Source of the DNA: Verrucomicrobiales bacterium
GTDB lineage: Bacteria > Verrucomicrobiota > Verrucomicrobiia > Verrucomicrobiales > V1-33
Assembly: GCA_031411295.1 (NCBI GenBank)
Contig: JANOAV010000087.1
Location: 64,001-128,000, forward strand
Length of the DNA: 64,000 nt
Direction of reading: 5' to 3'
The notes beneath the pieces were generated by a model. That model had not been told where the DNA came from and searched no databases. It saw nothing but the letters and a program-made list of their open reading frames with translations. Positions 1-9,171 of this stretch are shown here, piece after piece (position 1 is the first letter of the stretch; every line of letters starts with the position of its first letter). A program made the translations under genes and the position numbers.

Positions 1-2938
1 CGCAGCGCACGGGCAGGCCGCCGGCATCGTAAAATTGCGTGCAAGTAATGCGGGCCGCGTTGAGCGCATCGGTGCCCACAGCCGGAGAGGAAATGATGAC
101 TGGTTGATCACAAGCGTTGTAAGTAATGAGCGCGTCATTTCCCCGCTCGTCGATCACCCGATTGATGCGTTTGAGGGCATCCCGCTCACAGGAAACCGTC
201 AGCGCTAGGCCGGTGGGATCTTGGATGACGCTGGAGCAGAATTTAGTGACTTGGTCGTAGGAAATGTCGTTCACCAGAGGCGTGGTCCCATTGTTCACAC
301 TCAGGCGGGTGACTTGGCCGAAGGGATTGCGGATGCAGGTGCCGCCACCGACGGGAGCGGTGCGGGAGGTGCAGTTGCCATGCGCATCGTAGCCCCAGGT
401 ATGGACTTGGCCCAGGGAAGTGGTCATGCGAACCACGGGTGCTTCCCAGTCATCCCACGCAGAAATACCGCCGTCGAGATACTCATGCGGATCACCGGAA
501 TGATCAACAGTGCGAGCGTATCCCGAGGGTGCCCTGGCACTCATTGAAGCGAATTTGCGAGCAACGCTAGCAGAGCCTTTGCGGGCAGGATTGAAGCTGA
601 GACCTTTGACTGGGCCGCCAGGCTTGCAGGCAGGGCTATTAGCAACATTGATCGAACCATTCACCATACCGCCCTTGCGCGGAGCACTCGTTAGGACTCC
701 TTCCCACTTCTCCATCTCAGCATCCCGGTGCTCCGTAGTCGCGCCCGTCACCTGAGCGTTGTCCCAGAAGCCTGCGTCGGCTTTGGTGAGTTTCGACATG
801 GCAACCATCTCACCTGCATTGGCATTGTTTTTGAAATAAGGATTGTTGCTAGCATGCGCGGAATTCAAATCGCTCTTCGCCTTGTAGTAATCGTAGCCTT
901 TCTTGGACAGCCAAAAGCCAATGACAGCTTCACAAGTTCCAAACCCCGCCAGGAAATCGCAACTCACCGTGCGTTCCTCGCCAAATGGGCTGCGCAGCGT
1001 GGTGAGACGGGCATTGCCCCGTTCCAGCACCGGACAATTGCGGGTCAGTTCGCGAGCGTAAGTGGTGATCGTTTGCAAGCCATCCTCCTCCGTGCAGACC
1101 GTGCAACAATGGTCCGCATTGTAATCACAAGTGGTCACATACATTGCAGGATCCGTGCTGCGTAGTTTGCTCGCAGCGGTGGGACGATTGCTCGCAGCCG
1201 TGACTGGCACGCCGGGCGTGGCGAATCCCGTGAATTCCGCCATGCGCACGCAGCGCCATTGTTTATCGAAATCACATTCCACCACGCGACCCACTTCATC
1301 ACAACTCGTGCAACGCAGCCCACCAGCAAATCCAGCACTGGGAGGGAGGAAAGCGTAGGAAAAAGTCATCGGTGCATCCGTGGGCAGCACCCGATCACAG
1401 TCCATGGTAACACAGCGCGCAAAGTCAGCATCCGCAGCATTGGAGGAAGTGCTGTAAGTGCAGGCGCAGACCAAGCGACCTGCTCCATCACGCATCGAGA
1501 GCAGTTGACGATTGCGGCGTGCATCCGTAAAGCCCGTAGAGTAAGTATAAGTCGTCGGCCCCTGAATGGCGGCTTGGCCGGGCAGTTGAGGACAGGAAAC
1601 GGATTTCAAATCCCCGGGATTACCGCCCGTTTCGCCTTGCGCAAAATAAGTGTAACTAACAAAGCGGCTCGTTTGATCCGTGACTCTGCCAAGATTACCG
1701 GTGGAGTCATAGTCAAAGCTCAGACTCTGGCCGAACTGGCTGCTGATCGTCGTCAGTTTCCCAACCGCAGAATACGCACACGTTAGCGCGACGCCATTTT
1801 TATCCTCGATGCTACCGATCCGACCCCGCCAAGGAGCACCCACCAGCGGGCAGAAGATGAATTTCGCATGATCTGCGAAGGTGAGTTCAAAGGAAGTGTC
1901 CGGCTTGAAGACGCCCGTGCGGAACATCCCATCTGCCGAGAACGATCCATCCGCCTGCCGCAGGAGCACATCGCGTCGGCCATCGCCCGTGAATAATAGA
2001 ATACAAGTGGCATTGACGCCCGAACCCATCGGCATCGGCTCAATCCGCACGTCAAAACAATGCTCCCAATGAGCCGCCGTGCCGCCATGCTGCATCGAGC
2101 GATACGTCCTCACTAAGTTCAAGGGAGGCCCTGCAGGCACGGCCACCGAGAGATCGCATTCCTGGAAGCAAACTTCGCCTGGCAGCGATTGAAATACCGC
2201 AGTCGCCTCTCCAATTTTTGGCGCACCATGCATTTTCTTGGAAATCGCGCCAAGGTTGTTCTCCGCCTCAGAGGTCTTTGAGCGCACACGTTCGCTTAAA
2301 GCAGGAGGCATCGTTGGAGGGGTGTCTGCAGCAAATCCCGACGCCGCTATTTCAAACGTCTGCCCAATCACCACCACCGTTGCCCCCAGAGGATCGACAA
2401 TCTTCGCTGCCTTGACCCACTGTTCTCCGGAATCCGCTGAATTGGCAACAACGGCTCGATACTGCCCCGGCCCATCTGGCACCAGCGGAGCGGAAATCAA
2501 AACCGGCGGAGTCCCTCCAAAATCAAACACAATCGAGCAACCATCCGGTAAACATTGGGCCTTGATGATCAGCGTGCTGCCACTGGAAATCACTGCTGGA
2601 GAAACGGAGAACACTTCGGCGGCTGGAATCTCAATGGAGTAAAACGCCCGCACTCCTGTTGGTTCCGGATCCACCCAGAATCCATCCGTGCCCGTGGGCA
2701 CAACCACGGAGCGTTCTCTCCAAGCACCAGCGCCAGCACTGGCGCTGAGATCAGTGCAGCTCAAAATGCGATAGTGTGCTCCGGGAATGGCAGGCCAACT
2801 AAGCCGAGTCTGAGATCCCGTCAGGCCAGTGGTGAATTCAATGGATGGTCGTAAATCCGCCGGAGCAGCAATCGTGTAACCGCTTAACAGCAGGAGTATG
2901 GAAGCGCTCAGTGAGCGGCATGTGGGAAACATTTTCAT
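1..2938 (-). CDS. Large secreted YD/RHS-repeat protein, partial (3' end lies outside the window)
   Basis: Missing from the ORF track because it has no stop in the window. Manual translation from ATG 2938 reads MKMFPTCRSLSASILLLLSG (signal-like), then a DUF6531-like segment (DLSVAVPAGPPLNLVRTYRS...WEHCFD) and YD-type repeats (SFDYDSTGNLGRVTDQTSRFVSYTY; WGYDAHGNCTSRT; ITYNACDQPV; FYDAGG). Same frame at every spot-checked line down to position 2. Confidence 0.85.
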   Translation of the reverse strand, partial: MKMFPTCRSLSASILLLLSGYTIAAPADLRPSIEFTTGLTGSQTRLSWPAIPGAHYRILSCTDLSASAGAGAWRERSVVVPTGTDGFWVDPEPTGVRAFYSIEIPAAEVFSVSPAVISSGSTLIIKAQCLPDGCSIVFDFGGTPPVLISAPLVPDGPGQYRAVVANSADSGEQWVKAAKIVDPLGATVVVIGQTFEIAASGFAADTPPTMPPALSERVRSKTSEAENNLGAISKKMHGAPKIGEATAVFQSLPGEVCFQECDLSVAVPAGPPLNLVRTYRSMQHGGTAAHWEHCFDVRIEPMPMGSGVNATCILLFTGDGRRDVLLRQADGSFSADGMFRTGVFKPDTSFELTFADHAKFIFCPLVGAPWRGRIGSIEDKNGVALTCAYSAVGKLTTISSQFGQSLSFDYDSTGNLGRVTDQTSRFVSYTYFAQGETGGNPGDLKSVSCPQLPGQAAIQGPTTYTYSTGFTDARRNRQLLSMRDGAGRLVCACTYSTSSNAADADFARCVTMDCDRVLPTDAPMTFSYAFLPPSAGFAGGLRCTSCDEVGRVVECDFDKQWRCVRMAEFTGFATPGVPVTAASNRPTAASKLRSTDPAMYVTTCDYNADHCCTVCTEEDGLQTITTYARELTRNCPVLERGNARLTTLRSPFGEERTVSCDFLAGFGTCEAVIGFWLSKKGYDYYKAKSDLNSAHASNNPYFKNNANAGEMVAMSKLTKADAGFWDNAQVTGATTEHRDAEMEKWEGVLTSAPRKGGMVNGSINVANSPACKPGGPVKGLSFNPARKGSASVARKFASMSARAPSGYARTVDHSGDPHEYLDGGISAWDDWEAPVVRMTTSLGQVHTWGYDAHGNCTSRTAPVGGGTCIRNPFGQVTRLSVNNGTTPLVNDISYDQVTKFCSSVIQDPTGLALTVSCERDALKRINRVIDERGNDALITYNACDQPVIISSPAVGTDALNAARITCTQFYDAGGLPVRC

Positions 2939-3234
2939 AGTGATGCGGGTTTGGAATATGGACCGAATTAAGCCTGTAAACGGATCGTCTAGATTTTTCT
3001 AAAGATCTTATAGCCTACAAATCGGCCCCAGCCCATCCAAATTGCAAAATAAAGCAAAAAAATGCGGTTCATTAAGAGTCGTCATTATTCAAAGGGACGT
3101 GATAACTCGCCTGCACCAGGCCCAGTCAAGGAAATCCGCCCACGAGTGCACGCACAAGCCGGGCTCGATTCAAACTCGGATGCCCGCGGCCACGACTGCG
3201 GTCACGCCGAGCGCTGACGGATTTTTTGTTCAAC

Positions 3235-4221
3235 TCAAAACAGCGGAATTTCTTCCCGCGTCAGCAACTGCGGTTGCTGCCGATTCCGCACCACCACAAT
3301 GATGCGGCGGCGGAAGTCACCCACTGTGCCGGTGGCTTCGATGCGGGTGGTCGAGTCGTTCACCGTGAGGCGTTGCGACGTCCTTTCTTCAAACTCAGGA
3401 TCATTGCCATGCGGGCCGCTGCCCACATTGAGCAGTCCCAGCGCTTCCTGCACGCTGCCATACTTGTGGTCATCTTTCGTGTCCTCAATCTTGTCATCAC
3501 CCCAGCGGGATTCCACGAACTGCTGGGCATCCTCGGCCGCGACATCGCAGACGATTTCCAGCAAGTCCGCGGGGGCTTCATTGAGATCCAGTTTCCCCTG
3601 ACTGTAGATCGTCAAATAATCGCGCCAATTTGGTTTGGCCGACACCAGGGTATCGAAACCGGGCACGAGCAGGAGTTCATCCAAATTGTAGAAATAGCGA
3701 TTGAAGGGATAACCCACGATTCCCTCCTTCTCATACTGCTCCTTCTCCATGCCGTGTTCCAAATGCTCGTCGTTCTTGTCCACCCAGTCGATGAGGTTGT
3801 CGATCAAGCGATCCCGATCGGCCTCCTCGGTCATCCCCCAAGCTTCGAAAATACGCTTCAGCAGTTCCCGATCCGGATTCCCTGGATTCACCAGCGTATT
3901 GATGTTGAGTCTCCCGCCTTCGCCACGGATCTTCACATTGAACTGCTCGTAGCCATCCTCGGTGAAATTATGGTTTAACAAATTGTAGTCCGTCCGCTTC
4001 ACGGCTGGATTCATTCCCATGTTAATCCCCATTTCCGCCAGGCAACGGCAGCGGAATCCCTTCTTCTGGGCATCCGTGAACTCGATGTCATTACGCACCA
4101 CCCGCATGGTTGTGAAAACCAGATATGTTAGCATCATGATCAGGGCGAACACCAGCATCAAGGCCGAACCTTGCTGGCTTTGGCGCTGCTTGATTTGCGC
4201 GGTGGTGAGGAGAATTTTCAT
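3235..4221 (-). CDS. gspK: Type II secretion minor pseudopilin GspK-like
   Basis: QGSALMLVF N-terminus; GEGGRLNINTL, LIDWVD.N, NRYFYNLDELLLVPG and GKLDLNEAP motifs typical of GspK; last gene of the pseudopilin run. Confidence 0.8.
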   Translation of the reverse strand: MKILLTTAQIKQRQSQQGSALMLVFALIMMLTYLVFTTMRVVRNDIEFTDAQKKGFRCRCLAEMGINMGMNPAVKRTDYNLLNHNFTEDGYEQFNVKIRGEGGRLNINTLVNPGNPDRELLKRIFEAWGMTEEADRDRLIDNLIDWVDKNDEHLEHGMEKEQYEKEGIVGYPFNRYFYNLDELLLVPGFDTLVSAKPNWRDYLTIYSQGKLDLNEAPADLLEIVCDVAAEDAQQFVESRWGDDKIEDTKDDHKYGSVQEALGLLNVGSGPHGNDPEFEERTSQRLTVNDSTTRIEATGTVGDFRRRIIVVVRNRQQPQLLTREEIPLF

Positions 4222-4239
4222 GAGGAGAAATTTGGTAAA

Positions 4240-5124
4240 TTATCTGCCGCCGCGACCGCCAGCGGGTGGGGCTCCTTTCGGTGGACCGCCGCCACCGGGA
4301 GGTAAGGTAGTCCCGGGATTGCCACCCCCACCGCCTGGATTGCCGCCCCCGCCGGAGCCAGCCTGGCCTCCGCCGCCATTGGCGAACTGTTCTGGACTAA
4401 CCATACTCGGAATCCAGAAAATGAGATCCAACGGTTCGAAGGAATCCGCCATTTGCAGCTTGAACTTCACCCGCGTGGGACGCTTCGTTTTATCAAATGG
4501 CCATTCCAAGACCCAGTCGTCCTCGGAGTTACGGGAGGTGCTGCCAGCCTGGGAACTGGGAGCTGTCGTGTCGTCGATTACCTTCCAGGTCATTTCCTGA
4601 ATGCCTTCCATCAACTCCAGCCGGCGCACGCGGGGCAGACCTGTGGCCCGGTCCACGCTGCGTTCGTCAAGCGATCCCTTTTCATAATCCTGGGATGCTT
4701 CCTCGTCCAGATAGAGCACCACTGCCGTGTATTGCCGCACTTTATTGCGCTCCATGCGGAGGATCACCGACTTCGAGCCCGCAGACACTCCCGACCAAGC
4801 GAACGCCAGCGGGTAGTCTTTGAAATAGACCTCACTGGACCCATTGCCACCGCGGGGCACAATCAAGTGCACTTTACTATTCCCTGGTGCCTGCTCGAAA
4901 CTCCGTCGCACTAATTCAGCAAAACTGGTCATACGCATCCCCTCCTCCTGCTCCTCCATGACATTGCGCGCGATAGCCAGCGCCCCCCGCTGCACACCGA
5001 AGATCCCGCCAATCAAAATTGCCATCAACGCCACCGCCAGCATCACTTCCAGTAAAGTGAAACCGGCACGTCGCACCCGCCGAGGTGGATGGGAGTTCAT
5101 GATAGGGGATGGGTTAAGTTTCAT
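4240..5124 (-). CDS. Prepilin-type protein, GspJ-like, with Gly/Pro-rich tail
   Basis: RRAG/FTLLEVMLAVAL type IV prepilin cleavage motif; lies between the gspI-like and gspK-like genes. Confidence 0.75.
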   Translation of the reverse strand: MKLNPSPIMNSHPPRRVRRAGFTLLEVMLAVALMAILIGGIFGVQRGALAIARNVMEEQEEGMRMTSFAELVRRSFEQAPGNSKVHLIVPRGGNGSSEVYFKDYPLAFAWSGVSAGSKSVILRMERNKVRQYTAVVLYLDEEASQDYEKGSLDERSVDRATGLPRVRRLELMEGIQEMTWKVIDDTTAPSSQAGSTSRNSEDDWVLEWPFDKTKRPTRVKFKLQMADSFEPLDLIFWIPSMVSPEQFANGGGGQAGSGGGGNPGGGGGNPGTTLPPGGGGPPKGAPPAGGRGGR

Positions 5125-5624
5125 GGAGCTGGGGTCGCTGCCGCTGCTGCGCTGCTGGTAGCCTTGTAGAGAGGTAAATACCGCCAGACTTCGGCATCCT
5201 GCATTTCCGGCTCAGACTTCCAAGCCACATGATAGAGTGCCTTCACATAAATCCGATACATCTGCGTGACCTGCTGACCGTCTTCGTTTTGAATATCCTT
5301 CATTTCCTCCACGATGGACTCCGTCCAGATCCCCGAGGCATCGGGCGTTGTGACTTCTGGTGATCTATCCTTCCAGGGAGTCAGGTCTGGCAACTTGGAA
5401 ATTTCCGTCACCTTCGACTGGAGTCGCAGCATCATTTGCGCGTCCAATTGAGATTCGACGGCCATCCGAGTGGTCAACGTCAACGTCTTCATCAACGCCA
5501 CCGCGCAGATGCCGAACAAGCTCAGCGCCAACATGATCTCCACCATGATGAAACCCCGCCGGGTCACGAGCAACCGTGGCCGGATGGAGATTCGGGGGGA
5601 AGCATTGTTTAGGTATGATTTCAT
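5121..5624 (-). CDS. Prepilin-type protein, GspI-like
   Basis: RRG/FIMVEIMLALSL prepilin motif; 4-bp overlap with the downstream gene. Confidence 0.75.
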   Translation of the reverse strand: MKSYLNNASPRISIRPRLLVTRRGFIMVEIMLALSLFGICAVALMKTLTLTTRMAVESQLDAQMMLRLQSKVTEISKLPDLTPWKDRSPEVTTPDASGIWTESIVEEMKDIQNEDGQQVTQMYRIYVKALYHVAWKSEPEMQDAEVWRYLPLYKATSSAAAAATPAP

Positions 5625-5645
5625 GGTTTGGGGTTGGGATCTAGT

Positions 5646-6197
5646 TTAATCCACCTCTTCTTCACCCACGGCACCAGCCGTGAGCGGGTCGAATCCAACT
5701 TCCAGTGCGCGTTGTTCGAACTCAACGCGGACGCGGATCGGCTCACAAATGCCGCTGTGCTGAAAGACCCAGTGATCCGGCCGGGGTTTCTGCCATTTGT
5801 CCTCCCCGAACCGCCGCACTGCGAACACCACGTTCTCCTCGAAATTAACCAACTCATCCGTGGGCTTACGCTCTAGCTTCTTGTCGGCCGTCGCCAGGAA
5901 GGTTTGATCCGCCTCACTGGCCGCCTGCTTGGGACGGAGTTCCAGAGAATGCTCGGTAATGATGACCTCCCAGTCTCGCTGCTCTGCAATCGCCAAGTGC
6001 GAGGCCCGTTTGGCCATCTCCTTCAGCTTGTCCATGGGCTTATGCAGCTTCTGATCCGCCGCCCAGAAGGTGCCCGCATGAGTGCCCACACCGATCAAAA
6101 TCAGCACGATCCCCAACCCCACCATCAGCTCCACCAGCGTGAAACCCGCCTGCGCGCGGCGGTCGATCGATGATCGTATTGGAGGAGGAGTGTTCAC
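5646..6197 (-). CDS. Prepilin-type protein, GspH/FimT-like
   Basis: QAG/FTLVELMVGLGIV motif and C-terminal FQHSGICEP...FDPLT. GTG 6197 chosen as start because the track ORF start (6245) overlaps gspG. Confidence 0.7.
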   Translation of the reverse strand: MNTPPPIRSSIDRRAQAGFTLVELMVGLGIVLILIGVGTHAGTFWAADQKLHKPMDKLKEMAKRASHLAIAEQRDWEVIITEHSLELRPKQAASEADQTFLATADKKLERKPTDELVNFEENVVFAVRRFGEDKWQKPRPDHWVFQHSGICEPIRVRVEFEQRALEVGFDPLTAGAVGEEEVD

Positions 6198-6229
6198 GAG
6201 TGGGTAGGTTACAGTGTTTTGGAAGCAGA

Positions 6230-6637
6230 TTACTCCGATTCCCAATTTCCAACGTCATCGCCTTCGTCATCTGGATTCGCCCCACGGGAAAACAAATCGA
6301 ACTGTTTTTTATCGGCCAGCGCACGCCGCGGTGGCACCACGAATTCATACGGACGATCCCAAGGATCCGTCGCCATGGATTCGCTAATGATCCCCTTGGC
6401 GATCATGTCTTTCAGGGTGTTTGGGGTGATGCGTTTCCCAGTCAGGAAGCCCTCCAGCGTTGCGATACCAGCTTTGGCAGAACCGTTTTTGGCATAGCGG
6501 CTCACAGCGGGTCCCATCTTCACGCCCGCTGCCACCAGCAGGCCGATGATGCCCAGCACGAGCATGAGTTCCATCAGGGTGAAGCCTGCCGGACGACGAC
6601 GGGCCAAGGTGCGAGCGAATAGAGATGTCGTTTTCAT
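6230..6637 (-). CDS. gspG: Major pseudopilin GspG-like
   Basis: PAG/FTLMELMLVLGIIGLL; DPWDRPYEF and FDLFSRG.N...GDDVGNW C-terminal GspG motifs; start set at MKTTS (6637). Confidence 0.8.
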   Translation of the reverse strand: MKTTSLFARTLARRRPAGFTLMELMLVLGIIGLLVAAGVKMGPAVSRYAKNGSAKAGIATLEGFLTGKRITPNTLKDMIAKGIISESMATDPWDRPYEFVVPPRRALADKKQFDLFSRGANPDDEGDDVGNWESE

Positions 6638-6750
6638 GAGTAGAGGAGAAAAGGTTAAATTTGGGGTGTTAACTGGGCGGATATCATCGCGTCCCATGCA
6701 ATTTAGTCAATCCCCGCAAGTAAACGTTCAACGAAACCCGGCTGGCACCG

Positions 6751-7713
6751 TCAATTATCCTTACGAAACCTGCGCCCCACCCAAAGATCACCCCCCATGC
6801 CACCGCTGGCATACGCCTGCGGCCGCACACTGGCGCGGATCTCAGCCAAGCCCAGCAGGATCTCCATGACAAACGTTGCCGAACCAATCACGAAACCCTT
6901 AACCAAGGACGCTTGCCGAACGCGCAAGGCGCTGCCTAGACTGGAATCTGGAGGCTGGGCTGCCGATGTTTGGGTAACGTCGGTTTCACTGGGGGTAAAT
7001 TTCCCCGCCAAAAACCGTTCATAATGAGCCCTGGCCTCTGCCCAATTCTTGGCTTCGCACAAAGCCGCCAGCCCTCGCTGCGAATCAATATTGCCCAGGC
7101 AGGCGCTACCAAATCCAGAGTGCGGATAATCCTTCGCTTCCGCCAACAATCCCGCCCGCACCGGGTTCAGATCGATGTAAGCGGCTACAATTTGCAATGG
7201 ATTCCGCTCCCCCGAACGCGCTTCGACCAGCACACTCTTGAACCGCTCCGTCCAAAGAGTTCCCTTCGTTCCGCGACTGCGGTTATGCCCCATCGTGAAG
7301 CGTTGTTTCAAAAATTGCATAAACACCGAGAGATCGTGCATCCGGCCCAAGTGCATCCCCAATTCCGCCTCCCAGAGAAACGTCATGCCCGGCAAGGAGC
7401 GGTCTTGCCACAACGACTCCACCCGCACCGCCTCGTCCGTCCCATAGAGCTTGCCCACCCGCTGACTCAGCTGTAGTCCATCCAGAGCCGCATCCGCCGC
7501 CGCCTTGGGTGGAACCCGCACCAGCAAATGGAAGTGATCACTCATGACACAATAAGTTAGCACCTCGACGCCACAATAAGCAGCAACCCGCGGCAGGAGC
7601 TCGCGAAAAGCGATCTTCGCACCCTCGCCCAGCCAAAGCTGACCTTGAGTGATCCGGCAAATAACATGGTAGCAAGCAGACTGATGAACGATCTTGAGAC
7701 GACAACGGCGCAT
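6751..7713 (-). mobile_element. Y1 HUH transposase (IS200/IS605 TnpA-like, RAYT-type)
   Basis: YHVICR, YCVMSDHFHLLV (HUH motif), GTLWTERFKSVLVE, YIDLNPVRAGL, YPHSG. Start uncertain (7713 or 7743; the track ORF extends to 7782). Confidence 0.85.
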
Positions 7714-7836
7714 AGGATGGGCAATAGGAATTACGATGCGCATGCTGCTGGAGATTCTCGGTATGTCAAATAGTAATAACACTGTCCCTTTTAAATTTTG
7801 CTCGTGACTAACATTTTGGGGAGTTTTGGGGCTGTG

Positions 7837-9120
7837 TTACTTCATCATTTCTTCCCGCAGGGCCTTGTTGGTGCGGATCCTGCCTTCTTCTACCGTGATG
7901 CGCGATCCTGCGGTATCCAGTTGTGCTCTGGCCTTGAGGAGTTCACTTTGGCTGTGAGGCGGATTGGCTTTGATGGTCCGGTAAACGTCTCCGTAGTCTT
8001 TGATGGAGTCGGCAAAGGGAACGGTGCGCTTGTCCAGTTTGGTGCGGATTTTGGATATTTCGCTGATGGTTTTACCGAGCAGGTCCGGTTGCACTCCTTC
8101 GGGCTTGGGACTGCGCATGTGCTTGACGAAGTCCTCGGTAACGGAATCGATCAGGCTCAGGGAACCGCCGAGGGAGAGGACTTTGGGTAGTTTGCCAGTG
8201 CCGTAGTCGAGGAGGATTTTAGCGGAAAGGCAGTTGGGACGGGAGGAAAGAACGGCAGTCAGTCGTTCCTGAACTTTAGGGTTGGTCAGCAGCGCGGGGT
8301 TCTTTTGGGCTTGGAGGACTTTCTGGACTTCGGCAAATTTAGCTAATGCGGTCTCCATCTCGGAGGATCTCTTGGGACTGGAGAGTTCCAAGGCCTCATC
8401 GAAGGTCTTGATGCTGAACACTTGGATGTCCCAGAGTGCGGCGGGGCCTTCCATGAGAACGGAATCCACCAACTCGCGTTCGGCACTGCTGGGAACGGCA
8501 ACATAGGTGCATGAGCGGTTGGCCGCACCGCGGATCTTGGCGGGCACACCGCCCACGGGTTGCACGCTGCCATCAGCATTCAAATCTCCCGTGACGGCAA
8601 AGGCCCCATCGATATCCGCCCCGGTGCGCAGGGAATCTAACAGTAAGGCGCAGGCGACGGCTGCGGAGGGGCCATCTTTGCCGCCGTATTTGTCTTCAAA
8701 GGCGAAATCCACACGCATACCCCGGGGGAGGGCACCGCGTTTCACGGTGCTATGTTTGACGACTTCACTGAGGGCCTTTTTCATGTCGTCACCCACGGTT
8801 TGGTTGAAGGCGAACCCGGAAATGGCATTGGCATCCCCCGCTTCGATGGCGGTGCAATTCATTTGGCTGGCCTTGCCTGCGTAATTTCCAGCGCTTAACT
8901 CTTGGACGAGGAGTCCCTTGATGGCGCTCTGCGGGCGGACGAAAGGTGCGGCCTTGGACACAGCAGGTGCGGTGGGTTCCGGGGCAGTGGCTGGTTTCGC
9001 GGGCACGGCAGAAACGTCTGGGGGCTCGTTTGTTGCTGCGGGGGAAGGTTCTTGACTGAGGCCACTGACAACCATGAGCAGGGAAGTCAGTCCGAGGTAA
9101 GAGTAGGGGCGCAGATTCAT
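7837..9120 (-). CDS. Exported S16 (Lon C-terminal-type) serine protease domain protein without AAA+ module
   Basis: Signal-like N-terminus and Pro/Ala linker; KDGPSAA (catalytic Ser), AVTGDL..DGSVQPVGGVPAKIRGA (catalytic Lys). Confidence 0.8.
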   Translation of the reverse strand: MNLRPYSYLGLTSLLMVVSGLSQEPSPAATNEPPDVSAVPAKPATAPEPTAPAVSKAAPFVRPQSAIKGLLVQELSAGNYAGKASQMNCTAIEAGDANAISGFAFNQTVGDDMKKALSEVVKHSTVKRGALPRGMRVDFAFEDKYGGKDGPSAAVACALLLDSLRTGADIDGAFAVTGDLNADGSVQPVGGVPAKIRGAANRSCTYVAVPSSAERELVDSVLMEGPAALWDIQVFSIKTFDEALELSSPKRSSEMETALAKFAEVQKVLQAQKNPALLTNPKVQERLTAVLSSRPNCLSAKILLDYGTGKLPKVLSLGGSLSLIDSVTEDFVKHMRSPKPEGVQPDLLGKTISEISKIRTKLDKRTVPFADSIKDYGDVYRTIKANPPHSQSELLKARAQLDTAGSRITVEEGRIRTNKALREEMMK

Positions 9121-9171
9121 GTCAGCAATATTTGCTGCCACTCTTACGTTATGTTGGGGTCTGGGCGCAAG

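Noticed and set aside
221..2854. Many short ORFs in the track over this interval, mostly on the plus strand
   Set aside because: They overlap the continuous minus-strand RHS frame, which the track missed because it lacks a stop in the window.
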